A DNA stretch of 64,000 nucleotides from Torpedo marmorata (Eukaryota): NCBI GenBank assembly GCA_977017645.1, contig OZ360223.1, positions 170,996,001-171,060,000 of the forward strand, read 5' to 3'. The notes beneath the pieces are model-generated. The model ran no database searches, was not told the origin of the DNA, and worked only from the letters and a program-made list of their open reading frames with translations. The number at the start of each line of letters is the position of its first letter. Within the stretch, counting starts at the first letter, position 1. Positions 50,383 through 63,207 of the stretch are shown here, one piece after another. The translations under genes and the position numbers were made by a program.

Positions 50383-50618
50383 ACCAATAGCCTGAATACG
50401 ACTGGAATTGTCTGATCTCGGAAGCTAAGCAGGCACAGGACTGGTCAGTACTTGGAGGGGAGACCGCCAAAGAACACCAGGTGCTGTAGGTTTCTGTGAG
50501 GGGTGCTGGACAAAGTAGCGACCCTCTGTCTGCCTTACGGTAGACAAAAATTAAAGAATTTCATGTATGTTACATTCTAAATGTAGTATTACGTGACAAT
50601 AATGGAACCTTTACCTTT
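50383..50618 (+). mobile_element. 5S rRNA-derived SINE (SINE3-type)
   Basis: GTCTGATCTCGGAAGCTAAGCAGG..AGTACTTGGAGGGGAGACCGCC..CCAGGTGCTGTAGG matches 5S rRNA; followed by ~125 bp of non-5S body ending (ACCTTT)2. Confidence 0.8.
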
Positions 50619-50726
50619 AATTTTGCGTCATAATGACCACCAGCAATTGCGATAGGTATTGAAAGAATTGTCGCCTCATTAATGCAAGGTTTTACCTGTT
50701 GATAATGGTGTTGATTGTTCTTGCAG

Positions 50727-50869
50727 AGAGCCCCACAGTTATGCTATCTGCAGGTAGCTTTTCATCTCCATTCGAGCATCTGAGTCAAGCAGAGACCAAA
50801 CGCATGGTGGAGCACTACACGGCTTATCTGAGTGACAACACTCGTCTTATTGCCAATCCAGGACTCAAA
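50727..50869 (+). CDS. CACHD1: CACHD1 exon K
   Basis: cag|..AAA|gtgag; SPTVMLSAGSFSSPFEHLSQAETKRMVEHYTAYLSDNTRLIANPGLK. Confidence 0.95.
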
Positions 50870-51880
50870 GTGAGGTTTTATTTTTATTAAAGAATATGCT
50901 ATCAACTTGAATGTGTGTAACTTTATTTTTAAACCATACATGGCTTGGAGTTTAAAACTCAATTCACAATCAAACAGGATGTCAAGACAAGAGTTTTGTT
51001 TAATTTCTTCATGCATCATGGGAAGAGGGTGGCGTGAACTGTGCTTTGATGCATAGAAACAGAGATAACTGTCTACTCGTAACATCCTCTTGTTGAACAG
51101 TACTGAAATTTCACAGCTGCCCAAGCTCAGAGACAAGTGGTGCAGCAATTCTTTCATATGCCAAAGGTGAAGAGATAATGTTCTGTAGACAGTATTATAT
51201 TTAGTTTATTGAACAGAAATGTAAAATTGGATCCTTTATTCCAATGTGTGGGTGGTTAATTGTTTTATTAATGTCAGACAGAAGATAAATCAGTGACTGG
51301 ACAGATCATAGTTGTACTCAATGAGCTTTTAGAGAACAAGGTTTGTGAAACAAGTGACAGGTTTTCCAATAATTATAGTTCCAGTTTAGAGAATGGATAA
51401 TCTGTATGTCCTGCAGAAAGCTTTCTAATCAAATGTTGTGAATTGTTGGGAGGTACTCCATCACAAATGTGATCATTTGACCTTTTTCACTGTAGCTGTA
51501 GGTTTAATGGCCATTTTGCAACTTGCTTCAAACTTTCTGTAAACTGTTTGTGGAGTAATCATTTACTCTTCATGTATTGGATCATTAACTATAGTTGAGC
51601 TATAGCTGAGATGTTGTGATTATAGTTCTTGTTTGTGCCTTGAATTCAATCTACTCTTATTTAGTACCTTGCTGTTGAAAGTCCTCTCACAAATAAAAAA
51701 AAGACCAGATCTGTAATTGAACTGCTGAGTGAAGTGGGTTCAGGATGGATTTCTATCCACCATTGAATCCTCAGCCATTCAATAAAATTGAAACTAGTAT
51801 TAGCAGGGAGTTATTAGAGCAGATAAGAATTAAAACCTGTTTGTCAAAAATGTCCTTAGGCACTCACACTTTGTGAAATA

Positions 51881-52083
51881 CAGTAAAACCTCTGGTATCC
51901 GGCACCTATGGGGTTTGGTAGATGCCGGATAAGTGAATTTTACGGTTGCTTGTGATTGTGTGGTGCGTGATTGGCGAACTAACGGTAAGGTGCACCAATT
52001 TTAAACTTCCGTATTTTTTACCTATTTATTTTCCGTGATTTTCTTGCCGGTTGCTTGAATTCCGGATAACAGGGGTTTTATTG
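51881..52083. mobile_element. pogo/Tigger-like MITE
   Basis: TIRs CAGTAAAACCTCTGGTATCCGG and CCGGATAACAGGGGTTTTATTG; TA TSD. Confidence 0.82.
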
Positions 52084-52642
52084 TATAAATGTTGACAGTG
52101 AATAAACTTTTGTTTCTTGCTTCTCCTGTACCAAAATAAATTACTTTTATATGATTGATCCTCTTTGCATCCTCACTGTATTCATTATGACTTCTTGAAT
52201 TATTTTTAAACAGACTTTCTTCCGAGGGTCTCAAAACTGCTCTTAGTTACCTCCTTCTGTTATTTTCCTGTATTCGATATGTTCGATATGCTTCACTTCA
52301 CATAATTGCATTTCATGATATTCAAAGCTCTCCTTGATCCTTGTGGTATCCAGCATTGTGACCTTTCATCTTTCATTAGGTTTCTCAATTTTTAAAATGT
52401 TCTTAAAGGGAATCCCTTCAGGTGTTCATGTGTGAAATTAAGCTTATTATCTTTCCCTTGTCCGAATAAATTGGAAATCTAAAATCGGCACAGAATATTT
52501 TTTGTATATATGAGGGAACCTGTCCTTGCAATTTTATACAGTCTGACTAAGAAAGCATATTAACAGGATTGATTCACAGCTTTGAAAGGTTTCAGGCCTA
52601 TCTTTAAGAAGCTCTGTTTTTATTTTCTCTGCCTCTGTGTAG

Positions 52643-52824
52643 TCCTCTGTCAGAAACGAAGTCATGGCTACCAGTCACGTAACAGATGAATGGATGTCAC
52701 AAATGGAAATCAGCATCCTCAACAGTTACATTGTTCGTCGTTACATAGCAACGCCCAATGGGGTGCTTCGGATTTACCCTGGCTCTCTCATGGATAAAGC
52801 ATTTGATCCCACCAGGAGACAGTG
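52643..52824 (+). CDS. CACHD1: CACHD1 exon L
   Basis: tag|..TG|gtgag; SSVRNEVMATSHVTDEWMSQMEISILNSYIVRRYIATPNGVLRIYPGSLMDKAFDPTRRQ. Confidence 0.95.
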
Positions 52825-53752
52825 GTGAGTTTTGCAGGATCCACAGGAAGAGTTTTACAAGTAGACACTAAAGCAAAGCCTCTCTTTTGAAAAAATGTTT
52901 GCTTCTCACCACAGTAAACAGAGTCTGTTTGAACACTGAAATGATTAATGTTGTTATTTGTGTTCGTATAGTTAATTTATTTTGTTGATGTTGCAGAAAA
53001 ACTTGCTTGTTGCTTTATTTGTATGTTTTGAATTCAATGATTCCCTTGGTTGTTTGTTTTTATGCTTGAGGATGCTGCATAAAAAATTCTGAATGTATTT
53101 CTTCTGCGATTGAGGACTGCTTGTGCAATTGCAACCCAAAAGTAACAAGCTCTCTGACAAAATTGGAGTTACTGTTGTATTCAACAAATTGCTTTTCAGG
53201 TATTACTTTGACTCCACTCCCAAATTCTTCCTTTCTGTCACCCAATGTTGCCAGTCTTCACGTGAGTTTGTGAGCTGCTTAACTGTGCTGGCAAATCAAT
53301 CAAGCTCACTTGTTCACTTTACAAGGGGCTCTTCCTTCTTGAGCCCAAGCATTGAGGCCAGTTTTAATGTCCCTGTATTGCTCGTGAATGTGCCAGTAGT
53401 CAAACCAATGTGAGCAAAAAGAATTCAAATGTATGCGAGTGATGTGCCAGAGGTTATGATGCACGTGGTCCTAGTGTAGTGGTTTGCTCAGTTTGTTTTT
53501 GGGGGCAAGCCCACATTTAAGCTATTCATAATCTGTTGGAAAGAAAGTGTGAAGAAACATTGTCAATTTGGTGGCTCCTATTTGCTTCCTGAAGAGCAAG
53601 ATTCATCAAAATCTGTAAGCAGCATGGTGTGGGACAACGTAACTGTTGGGGAAATTAATGTGTTGCCTTTTAATCAGTAGAGTATCTCCGAACATTTTAA
53701 TCATGCCCTTCAAAAGTATGCTAATTCTGTGAAATTGGACTGTTTTTGCAAG

Positions 53753-53863
53753 GTATCTCCATGCAATGGCAAATCCAGCTCTGATTACCTTCACTGGCCC
53801 ATATCTTGATGTCGGAGGAGCTGGTTATGTTGTTACACTGAGCCACACTATTCATTCTTCCAG
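53753..53863 (+). CDS. CACHD1: CACHD1 exon M
   Basis: aag|..AG|gtaac; [36 protein letters not shown]. Confidence 0.95.
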
Positions 53864-54812
53864 GTAACATTCAGACTTTAAGATCTATTGTGATGTTAAC
53901 ATCAAGCACTTATGTCATGATGTTCATCTGCAAATAATGTTGTTTAAGAATGTACCAATTGTTGATTGCTTCACCAGAAAAGTTGTGGCAATATTTTGAC
54001 AAGAGAAATTACTCTTTAGAAACTTGCATCTACTTCCTGTGTTTAGAACTCTGGCACGACTGAAGTAAGCCTGGTGCTTCTGTTCTTTGAAGTAATCTAA
54101 TTTCACTCAGCCATTGGGTGCCTCGTACAAAGATTACAAATGTTTCCCAACACTTAAATTGCTTGAGTATTTAGCTTTGCAGTGATTTTAATGTGTAAAT
54201 ATAGTAGAACATCACTGTAAACTGGCAATGGAACTAATCAAAGTTACAACTGTTGATTTCAATGGAGAGGAGTGGCTGCGAGAGGCTGTTTCTTTGGCTG
54301 AGACCAATCTCAACGTTTTTTAGCATTTCTATGCGTCCTGTTTTTTGCCCCACCATATATTGAGGTTGATATCTGTTGGAGGGATGCGAGAAGATGAAGA
54401 TTGAAACAATTCCTTCAGTAATTTCTTACTGGGTGAGTCGTGAGTATTGGTGGCCCACTGCTAGCAAGAAATTCTGAGCTGTTTTTAGAGCAAAAATAAA
54501 GAGGTAACAATAATTTTACTTCAGATTTAAATCAATGATATCTCAGTTACATCCTCATCAGATGGGTCATTTATTTTGATTTAAAAAAATTGAAGTTGAA
54601 ATGTAGCCGTATAGTTGGTCATGTTACTGTGAGTATTAAATCTACTTGCCTCATTATTGATTTATTTCTAACTGAATATTGGTTTTCTTTGGATCTGTCA
54701 GAAAATTGAGATAAAATGAAATATGGCAATAAAATCCAAATGGAGCTTTTGGTCAGGTAGATATTAGTGATAAATGTGTCAAAGTGATGTTTTTGTTAAT
54801 CTTCCTCCCAAG

Positions 54813-54935
54813 GTCTCTTTTGGCACCGGGACATGCTGTGGCAGTAATGGGTGTGGACTTCACTCTGCGATACTTTTACAAAGTTCTTTTGGATTTGCTT
54901 CCCATCTGCAATCAAGATGGAGGCAACAAAATCAG
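54813..54935 (+). CDS. CACHD1: CACHD1 exon N
   Basis: aag|..AG|gtaat; SLLAPGHAVAVMGVDFTLRYFYKVLLDLLPICNQDGGNKI. Confidence 0.93.
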
Positions 54936-55923
54936 GTAATTCCAACCCATGAATAGTGAAATCCCAGGATCTCAAGAATATTTTGATTTTGATCCCATTT
55001 GGCATTTTAATAAAAGCCAGTTCTATAATCATGTAGGTATATAGGAGGAACGCATAGATTGGTCATCTTTCATCTCTTCAGATTGGCACATTTATTATGC
55101 AAATTTACTTTAATATAACCTGGATATTTAAATTTGACTGGTTTGCTGCTGCTGTTTTATGATTTGAATTAGTGTATTTTTTCACAATATTTTATTAATC
55201 ATTTGAAATATATTTAACAACCAACAATCATACCAAATACAAAACATCAAGAGAACCCATCCCTCCACCCCCTCCCCTCAGTATAAGTCCTATTAAACAG
55301 AGAAAGAACGAAGAAAAAGAAACACAAAAAAAGAGCATCCCATTGTCAGTGCGTACAGTAAAACATATGGAGACACGATAATACCACAGTGTTAAAATCT
55401 TTAGAGGTCTACTGGCTAGCCAGTAGCGATCGTAACCCTATATTGGTGCCAGTGAGGTACCTATATGCTGTAAATAAGGCTGCCAGATTTTTAGGAAGGT
55501 GTTATATCCCTTCCTGAGATTGTATGTGACCTTTTCAAGTGGGATGCTGCAATTCATCTCCGAAGACCACCTATCCATGAATAGATGGGAGTCAGACTTC
55601 CATGTTACTACTATGCATTTCATGGCCACACAAGGCAATTTCTGTGAACTTAATTTTAGAATTAGTTAGCGATCTACCAACCGTGGTAAAGTTCCCCAGA
55701 AGACAAAGCTCTGGGTCTACTGGGAAGGTGACTCCCGTGATTTTGGTTAGTATGTCACAGAGGTCAAAGCAGAAGGGCCTCACCTTCGTGCAAAGCCAGG
55801 TAGAATGTAAGAAGGAACCAACCTCTATACCACACCTAAAACACATCTCTGATAATTCAGGTTAATATTGGTGTAATTTCTGTGGGATGAGGAGAAAATT
55901 ATAATGGACCAATCTATACCTGA

Positions 55924-58900
55924 TGTTACAAATTCAAATCAGCAACGACAGAAGAGCAATGCAAAAGGGGCAAAATTGAAATTTATATTTATTAACGACA
56001 ATTAAACATAATTTCACAACAATCAACCCCACTATAAACATCTATAAACACTTCTTATCTAAAGATTGTGTGTGTAAAGCCCAGACCATTAAAGTCTGTG
56101 CCCAACCCTCAAGAAAAAAAAATAACAAACCTTCCCCAAAACCCCCAGGTCAGTCATAAAAATAAGTCAGTCCCAAAAATACAATCCACAAAAATCACTC
56201 TCTATGTTCAGGGTCAAAATTCAGTTCTGTGTGCTGGCACGAAGCACTTCTTAATGAACGTTGGAGAGAGAGAGAGAGACAATGACTGTTTAAGCTTACG
56301 AATGCTTGGTCTGCTATATCCTTCCGATGACTTTCCTTTTGTAGGTGCACAAGGGTTGCTGTTCAAATCCACTGATGAAGGCGTGTACGTGGATCTCACA
56401 CCTGTTAACCACGAAAGTAGCTTTAATCAGTCTTTTACTGATAAAGGAGGCCATGTGCTCTTCTCTACAGCCTTTCTAGCTGGAATGCACAAGCCTCTGG
56501 TTTTGCTGTTGTTGTTCCAGCCTTTTGCAACTCCAAACTGAATGCTTTTTGCAGAGGTTTGCACCTGCTTTTGCAAAAGTGCAACAAAGTATCTTTTCCA
56601 CAGCCTCTCTCTCTCTCTATGTGTCTCTCTCTCTGAGCACAGCCAGCCCTGGGCAAGTTAACTCTTTCAGTACCTGGTCCCAGTGTGTATTCAAAAGACT
56701 TCATCTTTCCTGTTGACCGTCCACAGTCCAAATGGTCAGTCATGGTCCATAACACCTCCCACCCACAAAGAAAATTTTGGTCTGCAAGAACAAAATTTTG
56801 GAAATTAATTGAAGTGTCACAATATAAACAAAACCCACAATGTTCATCCACAAACACAAAAATATGATTATTTTCATTTATAAAGTTTAGGATCCAGAAA
56901 GACAATCACCGATTACATTATCTTTCCCTTTTATATGTGTTATCATTAAATCATATTCTTGCAAAATTAGACTCCAATTTAACAACCGTCGATTCTTATT
57001 TTTCATTTTACGAAGAAAAACCAATGGATTATGGTCAGTATACACTATGAGTGGTTTTTGAGCTGTACAGATATACACATCAAAGTGTTGCAGAGCCAAC
57101 ACAAGAGCTAACAACTCTTTTTCTATGGTTGAATAATTCCTTTGATGATCATTGAACTTCTTCGAGAAGTAGGATACCGGATGGTCAATGTCCTCTTCGT
57201 TCTTCCTCTGTAACAGCACCGGACCCACAGCTTCATCGCTGGCATCCACGGCTAAAGAAAATGGTTTTTCTAAATCAGGTGACTTAAGCACAGGTTGGTG
57301 GCATAAAATGGCTTTCAATTTGACAAATGCTTCCTGACAACCTGTCGACCATACAAATTTTTCTCCCTTTCTAAGCAAATTTGTGAGAGGGAGCGCAAGT
57401 TCTGCAAAATTTTTACAGAGCTTGCAGTAGTAGCCAATCATTCCCAGGAACCTCCTGAGAGTTTTCTTACCAGTTGGAACAGGGAACTCGGAAATAGTCA
57501 CAACCATGGCCTCCACTGGCGCCAACTGCCCCTGTCCTACTACATAACCAAGATAACTAACAGTCCCATGACCCTCTCTGAAACTGCTTTTATCTGTCTC
57601 CTCCTTACCCTGGTCGATAACCAGCACCTCTGGTAAATGTTCAGTCTCTTTGTGAGGCACCTGTTCAAAATATGGCTTAATCATATTCACATGACAGACC
57701 TGAGTGTCTCGTTTGCGATTAGGTGTTTCTATGACATAGGTGACATCATTAATTTTAGACTTAACTCTATAGGGTCCTGAAAATCTAGCCCTAAGAGGAT
57801 TTGAATGTGTGGGAAACAGAACTAATATGTTCTCACCAGGTTTAAGTTCTCATCTCATCATACAAAACCTTCATTCTCTGTTGAGTGGCCTTTAAAGTCT
57901 CCTTTGCATCTCACAAGCTTTATGCAACCGATCCTTAAATTTGGAAACATAATCCAACAAATTTAAATGCACATCACTATTAATCCACTGTTCTTTTAAT
58001 AACCTTAAATGACCTCTCACCTCATGTCCGAAAACTAACTCGAATGGACTATAACCAAGTGATTCTTGGACAGACTCCCTCGCTGCAAATAACAGCAAAT
58101 GAACCTCCTCATCCCAATCCTTTTCCTTATCACAACAATAAGTTCTAATCATGTTTTTCAAAGTTGAATGGAACCTCTCCAAGGCCCCTTGAATTTCTGT
58201 TTGGTACGCAGAGGATACAATCTGTTTAATTCCCAGTCTATCAACCACTTGTTGGAATACGCCTGACATGAAATTATTACCCTGATCTGATTGAATTTCC
58301 CTTGTCAAAACCTACCAAGGTGAAAAACTTTACCATAGCCTTTACAATTGCCTTTGCTTTAATGTTTCTCAGAGGAATGGCCTCTCGAAATCTGGTGGCT
58401 GCACACATAATTGTTAACAAATACTCATTCCCCTCTTTGGTTTTGGGCAATGGGCCAACACAGTTCACAATCACTCTCGAGAAAGGCTCACTGAAAGCAG
58501 GGATAGGTTGCAAGGGTGCCACCAGGGGACCCTGATTAGTGTGACAGGCCCGACAAAAGCTTACAACCTCCCTTCTCAAACTGGGCCAATAAAATTGTTT
58601 CATTATCTTCTGTATAGTTTTCTTCACCCCAAAGTGACCATGACCATGTGCTATGAGCCAAAGTTATTATTTTGTCTCCATATACTTTAGGGATCACAAC
58701 CTGCTGCACTGGCAGGAACATCACATGGTCTCCACTTTCTCATCAACACCCCATCTTTTTCATAACCCACTGGCACCTTCTTAATCTCCTCTTCAGAGAG
58801 AACCTTATCCCTCACCTCAGCAAGATCAGGATCCTCCTTTTGCCTTGCTATTAGCTCCTGTTGGGAGAGTGACAAATCTGTGCCTTTAGGTGTCTTATTA

Positions 58901-61624
58901 GTGTATGGGTCTAACACAAGAGATTGCTCAACCTTTTCCAGGTGTTTTTAATTATCACCATCTTTTTCTTTCACCAATTTATTTTCCACTGCCTTCTCTA
59001 AAGTGACATTTTTCTTAGACATGGCCCTGGTTATGGCACAAGCCGGATAAATATCAGAGTCCTTCTCTGACTTATCAATGACTGGCTTAGTGGACATTCA
59101 ACTACTTTACCCTCAGCCAAGTCATTGTCTAGCAACAGTGAGACTCCTTCTACTGGCAACTCTGATTTCACTCCTATTATAACAGGTCCTTCCACCAAGG
59201 CTGAGTTCAACACTATTTTGTGCAAAGGAATGGACTCAACATCACCCCCAATTCCTTTAATTAAATTCATTTTACCGGTGTCAGTGGCTTCACAAAATTC
59301 CAAGACACTATCCAACACAAGTGACTGAGCAGCTCCCGTATCTCGCAAGATTTTCACTAGAACTTGCTTTGAAACTTGCCTTAACTGAAACAAAACCATC
59401 AGTTACATACCTAACTTTGTCAGTAAATTTGTCTCCTACCTGGGTGTTATGCCTCTTCTCACTCTGAATACAAGCATTAGGTGTTGCATCCTTTTCTCTC
59501 TTCTTTTTCAACACTGGACAGCTTGCTAGCATATGACCAGCCTTCCTACAGCAGTGGCAAATGGGACCCGAAGGGTTTTCCCTTTTCCACTTTCCTTCAT
59601 TTCTTTCCTTAACACCACTTTCATATTTACTTTCCACTTGCTTGGGATTATCCACAGTGACCTTTTGGAAAATTCTGCCTGACGTCCACTTTGGCTTGTG
59701 GGTTAAAGCATATTCATCTGCTAACTTAGCTGAATTTTGCCAAGTTTTCACCTCCTTTTCATCTAAGTATGCCTTAATATTCTCAGGAACACACTTTTTT
59801 ATCTCCTCAATTAATATCAATTCTCTCAATTGATTGTAATCATTGTTTACCACCTTAGATATGCACCACCGGTCAAAACACACAACCTTTTCATAGGCAA
59901 ACTCTGTGTAAGATTGGGTTGCTGATCTTTTTAAATTACTAAACTTCTGTCTATAAACCTCTGGAACTAACTCATAAGCCTGGAGTATAGCCTTTTTCAC
60001 CGTTTCATAATCAGCAGCTTGCTCTGTGGTAAGAGTAGAATAAGCTTGCTGAGCTTTTCCTTTAATTACACTTTGTAACATAAGAGACCATTGGTCTTGT
60101 GGCCATTTTAATTTCACAGTCACCTTTTCAAAATGCTGGAAGTACTTATCTATTTCTGCCTCCTCAAATGGAGGAACCAACCTAACTTCTCTACTGACCA
60201 AAAACCTCTCAACAAGACCACGAATTTGATCTTGGTGCTCTTCTTGTCTCCTCTCATTTTCCAACTTAATCTTTTCGATCTTAATCTTTTCCAGCTCATA
60301 TTGCCTAATGTTCTCCTCTCTCTCTCAGTCTAATCTCTTTTTTTCTCTGGCTGCCTCCAAGTCTAATCTCTTTTGATCCAATTCCAATTTCTTTAGTTCC
60401 AATTCCCTGTCTACTCTCCTTTGTTCCAACTGTATGTTCTCAGAAGGTTTACCCTTGGGAAACTGCTCTAACATGCTCTCCTCAAACTTTTTGCCTTTTA
60501 TATAGTATTTGGAAATTTTTCTCCCAATCTCTGCCTTTTTCATTGATGGTTTTACAGAAGCAATGCCCAACTCTGTTGCTACAGCCACTAACTGTTCCTT
60601 TTTAGCCTTTTTTAAAGTATCAGGTTCGGATGATTCCAAAAAAAATTCTATCTCCATTGTTGCTGGTTTATGTTACACACACACTAGCTTTTAATTAGCT
60701 TTACAAAAGGAATGTTTTAAACCAGACTGGGATTCCTTCAATTATCAAGCTGGCGCTTGATTCAAACTCGGACGAGCCCTCAATTTGTTACAAATTGAAA
60801 CCAGCAATGACAGAAGACGCAATGCAAAAGGGGCAAAATTGAAATTTATATTTATTAATGACAATTAAACATATAATTTCACTACAATCAACCCGACTAT
60901 AAACGTCTATAAATACTTCTTATCTAAAGAGTGTGTGTGTGTAAAGCCCAGACCATTGCAAGTGTGCCCAACCCTCAAGAAAAAAAAATAGAAAACCTTC
61001 CCCAAAACCCCAGGTCAGTCATAAAAATAAGTCAGTCCCAAAAGTGCAGTCCACAAAAATCACTCTCTATGTTCAGGGTCAAAATTCAGCTCTGTGTGCT
61101 GGCATGAAGAACTTCTTAATGAACGTTGGAGAGAGAGAGACAATGACTGTTTAAGCTTACGAATGCTTGGTCTGCTATATCCTTCCGATGACTTTCCTTT
61201 TGTAGGTGCACGAGGGTTGCTGTTCAAATCCACTGATGAAGGCGTGTACGTGGATCTCACACCTGTTATCCATAAAAGTTGCTTTAAATCAGTCTTTGAC
61301 TGATAAAGGAGGCCATGTGCTCTTCTCCACAGCCTTTCTAGCTGGAATGCACAAGCCTCTGGTTTTGCTGTTGTTGCTGCAGCCTTTTGCAACTCCAATC
61401 TGAATGCTTTTTGCAGAGGTTTGCACCTGCTTTTGCAAAAGTGCAACAAAGTATCTTTTCCACAGCCTGTCTCTCTCTCTCTATGTCTCTCTCTCTCTCT
61501 CTCTGAGCACAGCCAGCCTTGGGCAATTTAACTCTTTCAGTACCTGGTCCCAGTGTGTACTCAAAAGACTTCATCCTTCCTGCTGACGGTCTGCAGTCCA
61601 AATGGTTTGTCATGGTCCATAACA
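55924..61624 (-). mobile_element. E3: older Gmr1-like LTR retrotransposon lacking RT core
   Basis: LTRs 55924-56754 and 60786-61624, visibly more diverged; imperfect TSD CTGA/CTGG; PBS 60761-60782; PPT at 56755-56764. Confidence 0.94.
56887..60657 (-). pseudogene. E3 gag-pol without RT core, multiple frameshifts
   Basis: Fragments colinear with E1/E2; integrase first Asp changed to Asn (VIVNCVGP); same IN-thumb junction. Confidence 0.9.
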
Positions 61625-61703
61625 CTGGCATTGATAGTAGCCAAGAGCATTAGCTTTTGCTTTGCTTAGAATTTCTTTGAACTTGTTTACTTTCTTTCAA
61701 TAG

Positions 61704-61803
61704 GTGCTTCATCATGGAGGATAAAGGTTATCTCCTGGCACATCCAACTCTGATTGACCCAAAAGGCCATGCACCTGTGGAGCAGCAACACATCACCCAC
61801 AAG
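61704..61803 (+). CDS. CACHD1: CACHD1 exon O
   Basis: tag|..AAG|gtaat; CFIMEDKGYLLAHPTLIDPKGHAPVEQQHITHK. Confidence 0.95.
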
Positions 61804-62650
61804 GTAATAAAACAAAAATCACTTGAGCATTTTGCTTTGCAGCAACTTAATTTATAAATGCAGTAGAACGTCACTGTAAACTGACAATGGAAATTGTCAA
61901 TACTTGGTCGATATAGTGGATGGTTGGTTTATCAAGTATCTCTGGGTTGACATGGTGCTTGGGGATTTTGGGGGGAAAAAAGCAGTGAAGTAATTTACAT
62001 TTGTTGCTGGAGATAAAATATTGGATTGATTCTAAATCTGTGTGGCAGACTATCCAGACTGTCTAATTGATGGATCCGAGAAAGGCATGCCTTTTACCTG
62101 GGGTGGGGAGTGAGGGGGTGGCGGTTGGATATTCCCAGTGAATTTGAATAACCTAATTTTGTAATTCAATGTTGCCTAGTCCTTTAGCTATCAGTTAGAT
62201 TGGAAATCCAGATGTCTGTTGCATCTCTGAATAATAAAAATAGCCACGGAGCACACAATCACAATACTCGTAATTTAATGCCATGTCCATATTCTGTTCA
62301 ACATTTTTATGCATTTGTTGTTAAAGTGGTAAGCCTAACACCTCAGTACGCAAGCTTTTCCTTTCTTAAATAGTTGTATATGTTAAGTTAATATATTGAT
62401 TTACCTGCATTATGTGCAACTGAAAATAATGCATTTGGTTAAAATAGTGCTACCATAGCTGTATCTGTTATTACAAAGTGCAATTCTATCTTTTAAGTAG
62501 AATCAGTTGGAAAAGTGCCCTTTGTGATTTAAATAATAAAGCTCCAGCAATAACCCTGTGAATAATGAGAGCTAATTAACCCCATTGTAATCTTTAAGAA
62601 ATGGAATATGCCCCAAAAGGAGACTATGTGCCCATGTAAGACAAATGAAA

Positions 62651-62893
62651 GGGCGGCACGGTTAGTGTAGTGGTTAGCGCAACGCTATTACAGGGCCAGC
62701 GACCTGGGTTCGAATCCGGCGCTGAGTGTAAGGAGTTTTTACGTTCTCCCCATGTCTGCGTGGGTTTCCTTCGGGTGCTCTGGTTTCTTCCCACCCTTCT
62801 AAAACGTATGGAGGTTGTAGGTTAATTGGGGTATTTGGGCGGCACGGGTTCGTGGGCCGGAAGGGCCTAGTACCGTGCTGTATGTCTAAATTT
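62651..62893 (+). mobile_element. tRNA-derived V-SINE (HE1-like)
   Basis: B-box GGTTCGAATCC, V-core, GAAGGGCC..GTGCTGT tail; same family as 1927-2190. Confidence 0.87.
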
Positions 62894-63090
62894 ACATTTC
62901 GAAAGCAAATATGTGGTAAGTCAGCAATATGATTTGGATACTAACCAATAGGAAGGATTTGTGCTGTAAGAAATAAGATTAAGTAATAACAACTCTTCAG
63001 AGTGTCGATGAAATCATGAAATGTACATCTTTCTTTGCTTTCCTGGCACGTCCCATAGAATTAAAACTAAATATCTTTCTTTTCTATCAG

Positions 63091-63207
63091 GAACCTCTGG
63101 TGGCGAATGACATTCTAAACCATCCCAATTTTGTGAAAAAAAATCTTTGCAACAGCTTCAGTGACAGGACAGTGCAGCGATTCTACAAATTTAACACCAG
63201 CATTGTA
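63091..63207 (+). CDS. CACHD1: CACHD1 exon P
   Basis: cag|..GTA|gtaag; [39 protein letters not shown]. Confidence 0.95.

Larger units (their letters stand above)
55176..61642 (-). mobile_element. L1-E: short 5'-truncated L1 3' fragment interrupted by E3
   Basis: ORF2 C-terminus (CFRC..HSTWLC, IPLEKVTYNL) and 3'UTR at 55176-55923; ~18 bp (ATINA) continues at 61625-61642. Confidence 0.88.

Noticed and set aside
50383-50493. Functional 5S rRNA gene
   Set aside because: 5' end missing, many substitutions, continues into a SINE-like body.
62651-62725. tRNA gene
   Set aside because: It is the head of a V-SINE; no complete cloverleaf.
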